From: Ignavibacteriales bacterium
Lineage (GTDB): Bacteria > Bacteroidota > Ignavibacteria > Ignavibacteriales > SURF-24
Direction: 5' to 3'
Assembly: GCA_036261625.1 (NCBI GenBank)
Contig: DATAKL010000034.1
Span: 125,018-189,017, forward strand
Length of the DNA: 64,000 bases
In this document: positions 1 to 10,073 of the stretch, one piece after another
Layout of the letters: each line of letters starts with the position of its first letter
How positions within the stretch are numbered: position 1 is the stretch's first letter
Made by a program: the position numbers and the translations under genes
Notes under the pieces: model-generated
Seen by the model: only the letters and a program-made list of their open reading frames with translations
Told to the model about the DNA's origin: nothing
The model's database searches: none

Positions 1-2745
1 GGCACTAAAGTTGGAGCAGTCAAATTTGACGGTATTCCGGAACAAGTAGCTTTTACCAATCTGATTGGAAATGAAAATGCTGGCGGATCGTTTACTGTTG
101 ACGGCATTCAAAACCCGATTCCATCAGGCCAAAGCACTACTTTGATTCAGAACAAACCATATACAGTTTCAACCAACAATGAGAGGTTCTCAAACTGGAT
201 GAATTCTGGCATAACCTATAAGCATCATGACTGGAACACCAATAATTATGAATATTTGATGAGACATGGTTTTACTGCTGGAGAAGTAGAGGCTGAACAA
301 CAGGATGCCTTTTTTCTTAATTTGAACCATTGTACAATAAATGTTTTACTGGATGGGCAGTTAATTAGCGGTAAGGGAAGTGGTGAATTTAACGATCCCT
401 GGTTTGTTCTGGATAACAACAATACACAACCAGGAGATCATTGGAAACAGTTTAATTCTTACTATGAACCAAATGGGAAAGAAGGGGCATCTGAAAAGGG
501 AATATTCTTAGCTCAACTCCCAGAACTAGGGAAATACTATTCTGCTCGTGCTCTCCTTATGCAAAGCCCTGATTTTGGCGGTTCTCTGGGAATCAGGAAT
601 TGCTATTTCCAGAACTGGAGTTCTTCAGGTGCCGATATTCTTCAGACTGTCAATAATCCTGCGGGATATGATCAAAAGGCAATTGTATTCAATACTCAGG
701 ACGCCAGTGTAACAGCTAACTACAAAGCCATAAACATTTCAAACACCCAAACAGCTTTCTCCAACTCCAGTCAAAGAAAGATTGTCCGTACACCGAACGG
801 CAGCCTGCACCTGGTATATGAAAGCATGGGTAAGGTGTGGTATGAAATGAGTACGGATAACGGCGTAAGCTGGAGGCTTATGAACGGGGGCAGGCCTCTT
901 GTAAGTGAGGATGCAAAACTCCCTTCAATTGAGGCCTATGACACGGATTCACCTGTCTTCATAACTTACCAGAAATATCTTGAAAACGGTTTTCCTCCCA
1001 ATGCCTACTCGGTTGACCTTATGGTATATAATGTCAATGCCGACTGCCCTCAGGACGTACTGCAGGCCTATCAGTCATACCCATACAGCTACAACGCCAA
1101 TCCTGTGGTCTCCTTCGATCTTGACCAGAGTCTTTCAAGAGTGGCAGTTGTATTCCAGGATAACTCCGAAACTGCTCCCGGCATAAGCTACCGCCTGGCC
1201 GGTTATGACCCGGCAGGAATACATTACGAGTGGAAGAGCATTGCGGCAAGGGTAAACGGGACAAATGGAAATTCAGTCAATCCGTCTGTGAAATCCTGGT
1301 ACTACAGCGCAGGCGAGGCCAGGTCTAAGACAGAAATGAAATTCCATATCGCATTCGAGCAGAAGACTGCAGCAGGAAGCTCTGTTGAATACTCACTTCT
1401 GAACATAAACCTGTCCGGTGTGGCCACCACTTCCTCAATTCCCGAGAATGTGTCTTCCGAAATATTCCCCACATCTACAGACATGAACGAAAAGCCTCTT
1501 GTTACGGTTGTAAACGGAGAGCCATACATAAGCTGGCTTCATTACAGCGACTTTACCTACCTGCACAGGGCCGCTCTGGCCGAGAAATCTTCAGGCATGT
1601 GGGACATATTTGACGAATACGGAAAAGAAGACGACATTACCTCAGTCCACATGGCCCGCGTTGGGCAGAGTGATTTTGTACTGGCATGGAACGTGGATGG
1701 CTACGGCAATGAGTTCGTAAGGAGCAACTCGCCAACAAGCACTTACCTTACAAATACCTCGGGGCGTGACATACAGGCAGCAAACGGATCTGACTTCACC
1801 AATACGAGACTCGTCTCATTTATGAACAGCTCACTTCCATACTTCTTCAAAACCTCGAACGCCCTTTCAACAGGAACTCTTGCCAAGGGAACACTTGAAA
1901 AGGACACCCGGGATGGCAGCAGTAAACCCGGCCGGACAATTGAAAGCCGTACAGGCATAATAAAGATCAATGATGTCTCCTTCAGGGCAACTCTGGGGGA
2001 AATTACGTCTGGAGAAAAAAGTGTCGGCTTTAGGCAAATAAACAGGGGTTTCACCCCTGAAAAGAATAGCTTCCTAAGGGCACTTGAAACAGAAGAATTT
2101 GACGCCACGGATAAGACAGTCCTTACTTACTTGTCTCAATTCACCTTCAATGATTCAGCCATGGCGGCGCAAGTTTTCCAGGAAAGTCTTGAATCTTTAA
2201 GTTTCTCAACGGAATTAGTTGACACCAGGAGCGGTGAGGTCCTGAAGCAGATAAATTCAGGAACTTTCAGCGGAAACTCCCTTTCAAGAGGCAGGCCTGA
2301 AAGTTTCAGGCTTGACTTAAATGGAATAGGAAGCCGCAGCCTTAGGCTTAGAATTTCATATAGCCTTAAGGCCAAGGACTCCATAAGGGTTGAATATAAA
2401 CTGCTTAAGAGCTATAGGCCTGAAAGCATGATGAGGAAAGAAAACCTTAAAAATATCACATACAGTGATGTAAAACCTGTAACGGAATATGCTTTGAGCC
2501 AGAATTACCCTAACCCCTTTAATCCTACGACCGTCATAAACTATGAGATCCCGAAGGCATCCAAAGTTATGCTTAAGGTCTATGACATGCTGGGACGTGA
2601 AGTTACAACACTTGTAAATGAGCTTAAGGAAATGGGACGCTATTCGGTTAAGTTTGATGCCTCGGAGCTCCCGAGCGGAACGTATATCTATGAGATCCGT
2701 GCCAATGACTTCGTCAAAAGCGGTAAGATGCTTTTGCTCAAGTAA
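1..2745 (+). CDS. Secreted protein with a C-terminal T9SS type-A sorting domain; the 5' end runs off the window
   Basis: Frame 1 is open from base 1, with no stop before the TTG at 142 used by the ORF track. The last ~85 aa (LSQNYPNPFNPTTVINYEIP...GTYIYEIRANDFVKSGKMLLLK) match the T9SS CTD pattern. There is one Asp-box-like STDNGVSW. Confidence 0.8.
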   Translation, partial: GTKVGAVKFDGIPEQVAFTNLIGNENAGGSFTVDGIQNPIPSGQSTTLIQNKPYTVSTNNERFSNWMNSGITYKHHDWNTNNYEYLMRHGFTAGEVEAEQQDAFFLNLNHCTINVLLDGQLISGKGSGEFNDPWFVLDNNNTQPGDHWKQFNSYYEPNGKEGASEKGIFLAQLPELGKYYSARALLMQSPDFGGSLGIRNCYFQNWSSSGADILQTVNNPAGYDQKAIVFNTQDASVTANYKAINISNTQTAFSNSSQRKIVRTPNGSLHLVYESMGKVWYEMSTDNGVSWRLMNGGRPLVSEDAKLPSIEAYDTDSPVFITYQKYLENGFPPNAYSVDLMVYNVNADCPQDVLQAYQSYPYSYNANPVVSFDLDQSLSRVAVVFQDNSETAPGISYRLAGYDPAGIHYEWKSIAARVNGTNGNSVNPSVKSWYYSAGEARSKTEMKFHIAFEQKTAAGSSVEYSLLNINLSGVATTSSIPENVSSEIFPTSTDMNEKPLVTVVNGEPYISWLHYSDFTYLHRAALAEKSSGMWDIFDEYGKEDDITSVHMARVGQSDFVLAWNVDGYGNEFVRSNSPTSTYLTNTSGRDIQAANGSDFTNTRLVSFMNSSLPYFFKTSNALSTGTLAKGTLEKDTRDGSSKPGRTIESRTGIIKINDVSFRATLGEITSGEKSVGFRQINRGFTPEKNSFLRALETEEFDATDKTVLTYLSQFTFNDSAMAAQVFQESLESLSFSTELVDTRSGEVLKQINSGTFSGNSLSRGRPESFRLDLNGIGSRSLRLRISYSLKAKDSIRVEYKLLKSYRPESMMRKENLKNITYSDVKPVTEYALSQNYPNPFNPTTVINYEIPKASKVMLKVYDMLGREVTTLVNELKEMGRYSVKFDASELPSGTYIYEIRANDFVKSGKMLLLK

Positions 2746-2760
2746 CCTGGTCTGGATAAT

Positions 2761-2946
2761 ATGAGCATAAGGCAGGGGCTCTATTCAGGGCTTCTGTCTT
2801 ATTATCCCGAGGAGGCGATTGTAATGAGCAAGGATTACGAGCTGGTCTACCGCGACAGAAACGATGCAATTTACGGCAAGGACAAGCTTCTTGTTCCGGT
2901 TCACCAGGTGGAAGACAGAATAGACTTCCTCAGAAACTTCAAATAA
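2761..2946 (+). CDS. Small hypothetical protein (61 aa; a 40-aa version could start at the internal MSKDYEL)
   Basis: Supported by the ORF only. No family is recognised and no clear SD is present. Confidence 0.25.
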   Translation: MSIRQGLYSGLLSYYPEEAIVMSKDYELVYRDRNDAIYGKDKLLVPVHQVEDRIDFLRNFK

Positions 2947-2958
2947 GATTCACCATAT

Positions 2959-2994
2959 GCCGGAAGGAGGTCCTAAAAACCCCTCCTTCCCGGC
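2959..2994 (+). terminator. Stem-loop GCCGGAAGGAGG / CCTCCTTCCCGGC with no U-tract
   Basis: Inverted repeat read directly, with one bulged C. It is followed by AAAATC rather than a T run, so intrinsic termination is uncertain. Confidence 0.35.
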
Positions 2995-3042
2995 AAAATC
3001 CCCCAATTTATAGAAAATTCCACATGTTTTAAGCTATGAAAC

Positions 3043-3070
3043 GTTGAACGTCGCACGTTGAACGTCGAAC
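3043..3070 (-). repeat. Tandem heptamer array, 4 copies of TTCRACG (minus-strand reading)
   Basis: The plus strand reads cgttgaa cgtcgca cgttgaa cgtcgaa. The same heptamer array occurs at 50073-50107 in the opposite orientation. Confidence 0.85.
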
Positions 3071-3150
3071 CTTTTTCCCCAAAAAATGAAACGAAATATG
3101 GGGATTTTATGTTTTGATTACATAGGTACTTAAAATTTATAATAATAATC

Positions 3151-3177
3151 TTGACTTTTTTATATAGATTGTATAGT
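3151..3177 (+). promoter_or_regulatory. Candidate sigma70-type promoter for the suf operon (TTGACT ... TATAGT)
   Basis: TTGACT lies at 3151-3156 and TATAGT at 3172-3177, a 15-bp spacer, or 16-17 bp with shifted -10 readings. The element sits ~45 bp upstream of sufB. Confidence 0.35.
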
Positions 3178-3218
3178 TTTCATAAGTTCAAAAATGAATT
3201 TGACCTTGAAGGAGATAT

Positions 3219-4664
3219 ATGAGCACTGAGATTAAGACCATTGAAAAGATGGCCAATACGGAATATAAATATGGTTTTGTTACCGATATTGAGGCTGATG
3301 AGGCCCCGAAAGGCTTAAATGAGGACATTATCCGCTTTATTTCGGCTAAAAAGGGGGAACCCGAATGGATGACTCAGTGGAGACTGAAAGCTTTCAGGCA
3401 CTGGCTTACGATGAAAGAGCCTAAATGGCAGAACGTTAAGTATCCACCGATCGACTACCAGGATATTGTTTACTATTCAGCCCCGAAACAGAAGAAAAAA
3501 CTGAATTCCATGGATGAGGTTGATCCGAAACTTGTGCAGACCTTTGATAAGCTCGGAATTCCCTTAGAAGAGCAGAAAATGCTGGCCGGAGTTGCCGTGG
3601 ATGCGGTTTTTGACAGCGTTTCTGTTGCAACAACATATAAAGAAAAACTCTCGGAACTTGGAATCATATTCTGTTCGATGTCGGAGGCAATTAAAAACCA
3701 TCCCGACCTCGTAAAAAAGTATCTCGGTTCTGTTGTTCCCTACACAGATAACTTCTACGCTTCGCTTAATTCAGCAGTTTTCTCCGACGGATCTTTTATT
3801 TATATCCCCAAGGGCGTGCGCTGCCCGATGGAGTTATCAACATACTTTAGAATTAATGCCGAGAACACAGGACAGTTCGAAAGAACTCTCATTATTGCAG
3901 ATGACGACGCGTATGTAAGCTACCTCGAAGGGTGCACGGCACCTATGAGAGATACCAATCAGCTCCATGCGGCCGTTGTGGAACTTGTTGCACACGACAG
4001 GGCACAGGTTAAGTATTCAACCGTGCAGAACTGGTACGCAGGCGACGTAAATGGCGTGGGCGGTATATTTAATTTTGTTACTAAAAGGGGAGCCTGCAGG
4101 GGAAAAAGCTCAAAGATCAGCTGGACGCAGGTGGAAACAGGTTCAGCCATTACGTGGAAATATCCCAGCTGCATTCTTCAGGGCGATAACTCGATCGGAG
4201 AGTTTTACTCGGTTGCCCTGACAAACAATATGCAGCAGGCTGACACCGGAACAAAGATGATCCATATAGGCAGGAACACCAGAAGCACAATCGTTTCAAA
4301 AGGTATTTCTGCCGGGCGCAGCCAGAACTCATACCGCGGACTGGTTAAAATTGGTCCCAAGGCAGAAGGTGCCAGAAACTTCTCGCAGTGCGATTCGCTT
4401 CTTCTGGGTGACAAGTGCGGAGCCCACACATTCCCGTACCTCGAAGTGGATAACCCTACGGCAACGGTTGAGCACGAGGCTACAACTTCAAAGATCGGTG
4501 AAGATCAGATATTTTACTTAAACCAGAGGGGTATTAAAACCGAGGATGCAGTAAGCCTTATTGTAAACGGCTACTGCAAGGAAGTTTTCAAGGAGCTCCC
4601 GATGGAGTTTGCCGTCGAGGCGCAGCGCCTTTTAAGCGTAAGCCTGGAAGGCAGCGTAGGTTAA
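3219..4664 (+). CDS. sufB: Fe-S cluster assembly protein SufB
   Basis: 481 aa. It has SufB-typical blocks ([45 protein letters not shown]), a GGAG SD before the ATG, and is followed by sufC/sufD. Confidence 0.95.
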   Translation: MSTEIKTIEKMANTEYKYGFVTDIEADEAPKGLNEDIIRFISAKKGEPEWMTQWRLKAFRHWLTMKEPKWQNVKYPPIDYQDIVYYSAPKQKKKLNSMDEVDPKLVQTFDKLGIPLEEQKMLAGVAVDAVFDSVSVATTYKEKLSELGIIFCSMSEAIKNHPDLVKKYLGSVVPYTDNFYASLNSAVFSDGSFIYIPKGVRCPMELSTYFRINAENTGQFERTLIIADDDAYVSYLEGCTAPMRDTNQLHAAVVELVAHDRAQVKYSTVQNWYAGDVNGVGGIFNFVTKRGACRGKSSKISWTQVETGSAITWKYPSCILQGDNSIGEFYSVALTNNMQQADTGTKMIHIGRNTRSTIVSKGISAGRSQNSYRGLVKIGPKAEGARNFSQCDSLLLGDKCGAHTFPYLEVDNPTATVEHEATTSKIGEDQIFYLNQRGIKTEDAVSLIVNGYCKEVFKELPMEFAVEAQRLLSVSLEGSVG

Positions 4665-4755
4665 GTAATTATGAATTTTGAATTAAGAATTTTGAAGCAG
4701 AATTGAATCCGTTCTGCAAAGACATAAAAATATTGCAAAAAGAGGAAATATAATA

Positions 4756-5529
4756 ATGCTGACTGTTAAAGATCTCTATGCATCAGTAGAAGAAAAAGAA
4801 ATCTTAAAAGGAATAAACTTAAAAGTAAACCCGGGTGAAGTTCACGCCATTATGGGCCCGAACGGATCGGGCAAGAGCACGCTGGCAAGCATAATTGCCG
4901 GGCGCGAAGGATACAATGTAACAGGCGGAAGCGTAACCTTTGAAGGCAAGGATCTTCTTTCAATGCCGCCTGAGGACAGGGCAAGGGAAGGAATATTTCT
5001 GGCCTTCCAGTATCCCGTGGAAATCCCCGGCATAAGCAATGCAACTTTCCTTAAGACGGCCGTAAATGAAATCCGCAAGTACAAAGGTTTGGAAGAACTG
5101 GATGCAATGGAGTTCCTTTCGCTCATGCGTGAAAAGATGAAAATTGTCGGCATGGATCAGACACTCATCAGCCGCCCGGTAAACCAGGGCTTTTCAGGCG
5201 GAGAGAAGAAAAGAAACGAAATCTTCCAGCTTGTTGTTCTGGATCCTAAGCTTGCAATTCTGGATGAGACAGATTCAGGCCTGGATATAGACGCTCTTAA
5301 GATTGTAGCCAACGGAGTCAATGTTTTTAAAGAGCAGAGCAAGGATAAGTCTGTTGTTGTAGTTACACATTATCAGAGGCTTTTAGACTACATAGTTCCT
5401 GATTACGTTCACGTTCTTTATAACGGACGCATCGTTAAGTCAGGCACCAGAGAGCTTGCCCTTGAACTTGAGGCAAAAGGCTACGACTGGATTAAAGAGG
5501 AAAACAAAATTTCCGCATCTGCGAAATAA
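4756..5529 (+). CDS. sufC: Fe-S cluster assembly ATPase SufC
   Basis: Walker A GPNGSGKST, ABC signature FSGGEKKR and Walker B LAILDETDSGLD are all present, and the gene sits in the suf context. Confidence 0.95.
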   Translation: MLTVKDLYASVEEKEILKGINLKVNPGEVHAIMGPNGSGKSTLASIIAGREGYNVTGGSVTFEGKDLLSMPPEDRAREGIFLAFQYPVEIPGISNATFLKTAVNEIRKYKGLEELDAMEFLSLMREKMKIVGMDQTLISRPVNQGFSGGEKKRNEIFQLVVLDPKLAILDETDSGLDIDALKIVANGVNVFKEQSKDKSVVVVTHYQRLLDYIVPDYVHVLYNGRIVKSGTRELALELEAKGYDWIKEENKISASAK

Positions 5530-5548
5530 GAGGAGAATTTATTCTGAT

Positions 5549-6874
5549 ATGGCAGAAACTATAGAAAAAACGGATTTAAGAGAATATTATCACGCGCATT
5601 TCGAGACCTTCGAAGGCTCACTTAACGGGCTTAAGAAATCGCCTCTTCATGAGGAGAGAAAAAAAGCCATGGAGCAGTTCATGGAAACCGGCTTCCCGAC
5701 GACAGACAACGAGGACTGGAAGTACACCAATACGGCTCCAATACTGAAACACACATTTCTTCCTGCGTCCTTAGCGGCAGAAAACGTTCTTTCAAAAGAC
5801 GCCGTGGGAAAATATTTAATAAAAAATCTGCCGGTTAATTTATTTGTTTTTGAAAACGGCAGGTTAAGGGAAGATCTTACAGTTCTTCAGAAGGGCGGCA
5901 ATGATCTTAAGGCTGAAAGCCTGGAAGAAGCCCTTAAAGGCAGTTCGGAAGTTGTTGAAAAATATTTGTCCGAACCTGCAAACGGTTTTAACGCCCTTAA
6001 CAAGGCATTCTTAAAAGACGGCGCCGTAATAAGAATAGCTGATGAGCAGGTACTTGAAAATCCTATCCATCTTCTTTTCCTGTCAGGCAGTGAATCAGAA
6101 GAAGTGCTCATTCAGCCCCGGGTGTTTATAATTGCCGGAAAAAACAGTCAGGTAAAAATAATTGAAAGCCACCACAGCATTTCTGATAAGGCATATCTCT
6201 TTAATTCAGTAACAGAAGTAATAACAGAAGAAAATGCAGTTGTAAATTACTTTAAGATACAGAACGAATCGGATGAGGCTTTTCACGTAAGCCGCCTGCA
6301 GGTAAGGCAGGAGAGTTCAAGCTCATTTAATTCATATGCCGTTACCTTCGGGGGAAGCCTGGTAAGAAATGATCTATACTCAGTCTTAGGCGGAGAGTAT
6401 GCAGAGACGAGTCTTAACGGTCTTTATCTTGCAGAAGGAAAGCGCCACATAGACAATCACACGGTTATAGATCATGCAGTTCCGCACTGCTCGAGCAATG
6501 AGCTTTACAAGGGAATCTTAGACGACAAGGGGCGCGGAGTATTTAACGGCAAGGTGATTGTAAGAAAAGATGCCCAGAAAACTCAGGCTTATCAGTCGAA
6601 CAAGAACCTGCTCCTTTCACGCCAGGCCAAGATCGACACAAAGCCGCAGCTTGAAATATTTGCCGATGACGTCAAGTGCAGCCACGGCGCTACAGTCGGG
6701 CAGTTAAATGAAGAGGCGGTGTTTTATCTTCAGTCGAGGGGCATAGGAATTGAAGCTGCCCAGTCGATTTTAATCAACGCTTTTGCAAGCGATGTGACAG
6801 ATTTAATAAATATTGAACAATTAAAAGAAACCCTTAACTCTCAGATACTTGAAAAGCTTCACAAGGTTTCTTAA
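5549..6874 (+). CDS. sufD: Fe-S cluster assembly protein SufD
   Basis: The C-terminal SufBD fold block is present (KPQLEIFADDVKCSHGATVGQLNEEAVFYLQSRGI). I place the start at ATG 5549, preceded by AGGAG at 5531-5535. The ORF-track start at 5456 would overlap sufC. Confidence 0.9.
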   Translation: MAETIEKTDLREYYHAHFETFEGSLNGLKKSPLHEERKKAMEQFMETGFPTTDNEDWKYTNTAPILKHTFLPASLAAENVLSKDAVGKYLIKNLPVNLFVFENGRLREDLTVLQKGGNDLKAESLEEALKGSSEVVEKYLSEPANGFNALNKAFLKDGAVIRIADEQVLENPIHLLFLSGSESEEVLIQPRVFIIAGKNSQVKIIESHHSISDKAYLFNSVTEVITEENAVVNYFKIQNESDEAFHVSRLQVRQESSSSFNSYAVTFGGSLVRNDLYSVLGGEYAETSLNGLYLAEGKRHIDNHTVIDHAVPHCSSNELYKGILDDKGRGVFNGKVIVRKDAQKTQAYQSNKNLLLSRQAKIDTKPQLEIFADDVKCSHGATVGQLNEEAVFYLQSRGIGIEAAQSILINAFASDVTDLINIEQLKETLNSQILEKLHKVS

Positions 6875-6889
6875 AAACAAATACAAAAT

Positions 6890-8161
6890 ATGAATAATCC
6901 AATGTACCAGACAACAGTACAGTCCAGCAGTAAGACAGGCGCATCTTTTGACGTCGAACGTGTAAGGCAGGATTTTCCGATTCTGCACCGGCTTGTTAAC
7001 GGTAAGCCGCTTGTATATCTGGATAATGCCGCAACCACACAGAAGCCGTATTCTGTCATTGATACAGTGCGCGACTATTACACCATGACAAATTCCAACG
7101 TTCACCGCGGCGTGCATTATTTAAGCGAGCAGGCAACACTTGCCTATGAGGATGCAAGGCTTAAGATCAAGGAATTCTTAAATGCAATAAGCGCCTGTGA
7201 AATTGTTTTTACAAGAGGGGCAACCGAGGCAATTAACCTTGTTGCGTGGACTTACGGCCGCACTCACATAGGTGAAGGTGACGAGGTTATAATATCTGCC
7301 ATGGAGCATCACGCCAATATCGTTCCCTGGCAGCTTCTCTGCGAAGAGAAAAAAGCAAAGCTGAGGGTAATTCCGATTACAGACGACGGTGAGCTTATAA
7401 TGGAGGAATACGATAAGCTCTTAAATGAAAGAACAAAGTTTGTTTCCATTGTACAGATTTCCAATTCACTTGGAACTGTAAACCCTGTAAGAGAAATTAT
7501 TCAGAAGGCCCATGCAAGAAATATTCCTGTGCTTGTAGACGGCGCTCAGGGCGTAGCCCACGTAAAGGTTGACGTTCAGGAACTGGGCTGCGACTTCTAT
7601 GTATTCTCGGGCCACAAGCTCTTCGGTCCCACAGGAATAGGCGTTCTTTACGGAAAGGCTGAGCTTCTGCAGGATATGCCTCCTTATCAGACGGGGGGCG
7701 ACATGATACGCTCGGTGACATTTGAAAAAACAATTTTTAACGACATACCGAACAAGTTTGAAGCTGGAACACCTAACATTGCAGGCGCCATTGGTCTTGG
7801 CGCGGCCATCGATTATATGAAGTATCTTAAGATGGATGAAGTTGCAAAGCACGAAAAAGAGCTCCTGAAGTATGCAACAGAAAAGATCGGTGAAATGGAC
7901 GGCGTACGTTTAATAGGAACGGCAAAGGACAAAGCTTCGCTAATATCTTTTGTAATGGATAACGTTCATCCGCACGACATCGGCACCATACTCGACAGCG
8001 AGGGCATTGCAATCAGAACAGGGCATCACTGCTGTCAGCCTGTAATGCAGCGCTTCTGCATACCTGCTACGGCAAGGGCCTCTTTTGCCTTCTACAATAC
8101 GAAAAATGAAATTGACAACTTAGTAAACGGAATCCAAAAAGTAGCGAGGGTATTCGGATAA
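6890..8161 (+). CDS. sufS: Cysteine desulfurase SufS (class V aminotransferase, group II)
   Basis: It carries the PLP-lysine region FYVFSGHKLFGPTGIG and the active-site region RTGHHCCQP, in the suf context. Confidence 0.93.
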   Translation: MNNPMYQTTVQSSSKTGASFDVERVRQDFPILHRLVNGKPLVYLDNAATTQKPYSVIDTVRDYYTMTNSNVHRGVHYLSEQATLAYEDARLKIKEFLNAISACEIVFTRGATEAINLVAWTYGRTHIGEGDEVIISAMEHHANIVPWQLLCEEKKAKLRVIPITDDGELIMEEYDKLLNERTKFVSIVQISNSLGTVNPVREIIQKAHARNIPVLVDGAQGVAHVKVDVQELGCDFYVFSGHKLFGPTGIGVLYGKAELLQDMPPYQTGGDMIRSVTFEKTIFNDIPNKFEAGTPNIAGAIGLGAAIDYMKYLKMDEVAKHEKELLKYATEKIGEMDGVRLIGTAKDKASLISFVMDNVHPHDIGTILDSEGIAIRTGHHCCQPVMQRFCIPATARASFAFYNTKNEIDNLVNGIQKVARVFG

Positions 8162-8610
8162 TGTCAGAATTAAGTGATCTTTACCAGGAAGTGATACTGG
8201 ATCATAACAAGAGTCCAAGAAATTACCGCAAATGTGAAACATGCAATCATGATGCCGAAGGGTTCAATCCGCTCTGCGGCGATCATATATGGGTCTACAT
8301 AGACCTGGAGGGAGAGACGATAAAGGATATTTCTTTCCAGGGTTCCGGCTGCGCCATTTCGAAGTCATCGGCATCTTTAATGACATCGATCCTCAAGGGC
8401 AAGACAAAGCAGGAAGCCGAGGATATGTTCAACAAGTTTCATGAGGTTGTAACCTCAAAGATAGGTACAGAGCAGGATCTTTCCTCACTGGGGAAACTCG
8501 CCGTTTTCTCAGGCGTAAGGGATTATCCCTCGAGAGTCAAGTGTGCAAGCCTTGCCTGGCATACAATGATGAGTGCATTAAAAGAAGAAAAGTCGGCATC
8601 GACTGAATAA
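8161..8610 (+). CDS. sufU: SufU-type (IscU/NifU-like) sulfur acceptor/scaffold
   Basis: The three conserved Cys contexts are present: NPLCGD, GSGCAIS and RVKCASL. The ATAATG stop/start overlap with sufS indicates translational coupling. Confidence 0.88.
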   Translation: MSELSDLYQEVILDHNKSPRNYRKCETCNHDAEGFNPLCGDHIWVYIDLEGETIKDISFQGSGCAISKSSASLMTSILKGKTKQEAEDMFNKFHEVVTSKIGTEQDLSSLGKLAVFSGVRDYPSRVKCASLAWHTMMSALKEEKSASTE

Positions 8611-8631
8611 AAAATGAAAGGAACAGAATAA

Positions 8632-8946
8632 ATGGCAGACAAAAAATTTCTGGAGCAGGAGGTCATTCAGACGCTGAAGACCTGTTATGATCCTGAAATT
8701 CCGGTTGACATATATGAGCTCGGGCTTATTTATGAAATAAAAATTGATGATGAGAATAATGTTTACCTCAAGATGACACTGACCTCTCCAATGTGCCCCG
8801 TAGCAGGCTCACTGCCCGGTGAGGTTCAGCAGAAGTTAAAGAATATTCCCGGTGTAAGTGACGTATATGTCGACCTGGTCTGGAATCCGCCATGGGACAG
8901 GGATATGATGTCGGACATTGCAAAGATTGAGCTCGGATTCTATTAA
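8632..8946 (+). CDS. sufT: DUF59/MIP18-family Fe-S assembly protein (SufT-like)
   Basis: 104 aa with the typical CYDPEIPVDIYELGLIY and TLTSPMCP motifs. Confidence 0.85.
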   Translation: MADKKFLEQEVIQTLKTCYDPEIPVDIYELGLIYEIKIDDENNVYLKMTLTSPMCPVAGSLPGEVQQKLKNIPGVSDVYVDLVWNPPWDRDMMSDIAKIELGFY

Positions 8947-8982
8947 TATTTCTTACTATAAAATATATGAAAGGCAGATATA

Positions 8983-9522
8983 ATGTATAATTTCAATATA
9001 AATTCGAGGCCGCCCATTTATGATCCCGAAGCTGTTCAGCCGATGAGGGATGAACTTACATATACAGGTTTTGTGGAAGCAAGGACACCCCAGGAAGTGG
9101 ATAAATATTTAACTGATACAAAGCTTGGCACAGTATTCGTTTTGATCAACTCTGTATGCGGATGTGCTGCAGGAAGTGCAAGGCCCGGTGTTAATCTGGC
9201 GCTTCAGAATGAGAGAATTCCGGATCACCTCGTTACTGTTTTCGCAGGGCAGGACCGCGATGCAGTGGACCGTGTGCGCGGTTATCTTTCAGACTTTCCC
9301 CCCTCGAGCCCTTCGGCAGCACTATTCAAGGACGGCAGGCTGGTCTACATGATGCAGCGTTATGATATTGAAGGCTATTCCCCCAAGGAAATAGCTGAAA
9401 AGCTTCTTGATGTATTTAACCAGTACTGCACGAAAGAAGGTCCTTCCATTTCAAGAGAGGACTATGCAAAGCTGGAGTATGCCAGGGCATGCGGATCAAG
9501 CATCCCGCGCCACAAAGTCTGA
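8983..9522 (+). CDS. Bacilliredoxin-like (DUF1094, BrxA/BrxB-type) thiol-disulfide protein with a C-terminal extension
   Basis: The LINSVCGCAAGSARPG block matches the CGC redox motif region of YphP/YqiW bacilliredoxins as I recall them. It is 179 aa, against ~145 aa typical. Confidence 0.7.
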   Translation: MYNFNINSRPPIYDPEAVQPMRDELTYTGFVEARTPQEVDKYLTDTKLGTVFVLINSVCGCAAGSARPGVNLALQNERIPDHLVTVFAGQDRDAVDRVRGYLSDFPPSSPSAALFKDGRLVYMMQRYDIEGYSPKEIAEKLLDVFNQYCTKEGPSISREDYAKLEYARACGSSIPRHKV

Positions 9523-9570
9523 TTAAAAGTTATAAATGATGTTAAGAACAATTAAATATCCCGGTGTAAT

Positions 9571-10047
9571 ATGAAATTCAGTGCACAGGAAGAATATGGG
9601 CTTCGCTGCCTGCTCAGGATAGGCAAGTTTTACAGGATCAACAAATCGCTTACCATTCCCGAGATCAGCCAGTTTGAAGGTATAACAACACACAATGCTG
9701 CTAAGCTTCTGCGTATACTCCGCATGGGAGGATTCCTCGAAAGCGAACGCGGGCAGGTGGGGGGATATACTCTTGCCAAGCCGCCGGAGCAGATTATTTT
9801 AAGCGACGTGCTCGCACTCCTGGGCGGAAAGCTCTTCGAGGAGGAGGAATTCTGCGGAACGCACGCAGGTGTTGAAACCATATGCACGCACAACATAGAC
9901 TGCTCTGTAAGATCCTTATGGCGGGTTGTGCAGAATTCTGTGGATAATGTTCTTAAGAACACCACTCTGAAGGACCTCCTGGGCACAGAGCAGGATCTGC
10001 AGGGTAAAGTTGATAACATATTCAGGAACTTTGCAGATATGAACTGA
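9571..10047 (+). CDS. Rrf2-family transcriptional regulator (IscR/SufR-like role plausible)
   Basis: The N-terminal wHTH pattern is present (EEYGLRCLLRIG...LTIPEISQFEGITTHNAAKLLRIL). A Cys cluster, C-x9-C-x5-C (FCGTHAGVETICTHNIDC), could ligate Fe-S. Confidence 0.85.
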   Translation: MKFSAQEEYGLRCLLRIGKFYRINKSLTIPEISQFEGITTHNAAKLLRILRMGGFLESERGQVGGYTLAKPPEQIILSDVLALLGGKLFEEEEFCGTHAGVETICTHNIDCSVRSLWRVVQNSVDNVLKNTTLKDLLGTEQDLQGKVDNIFRNFADMN

Positions 10048-10073
10048 TTTTTTTTGTTGTTAAATGTTAGTTT

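Noticed and set aside
5456-5548. An upstream extension of SufD, the ORF-track start at 5456.
   Set aside because: It would overlap the last 74 nt of sufC and add a basic, non-conserved leader. ATG 5549 has an AGGAG SD and gives a normal SufD N-terminus.
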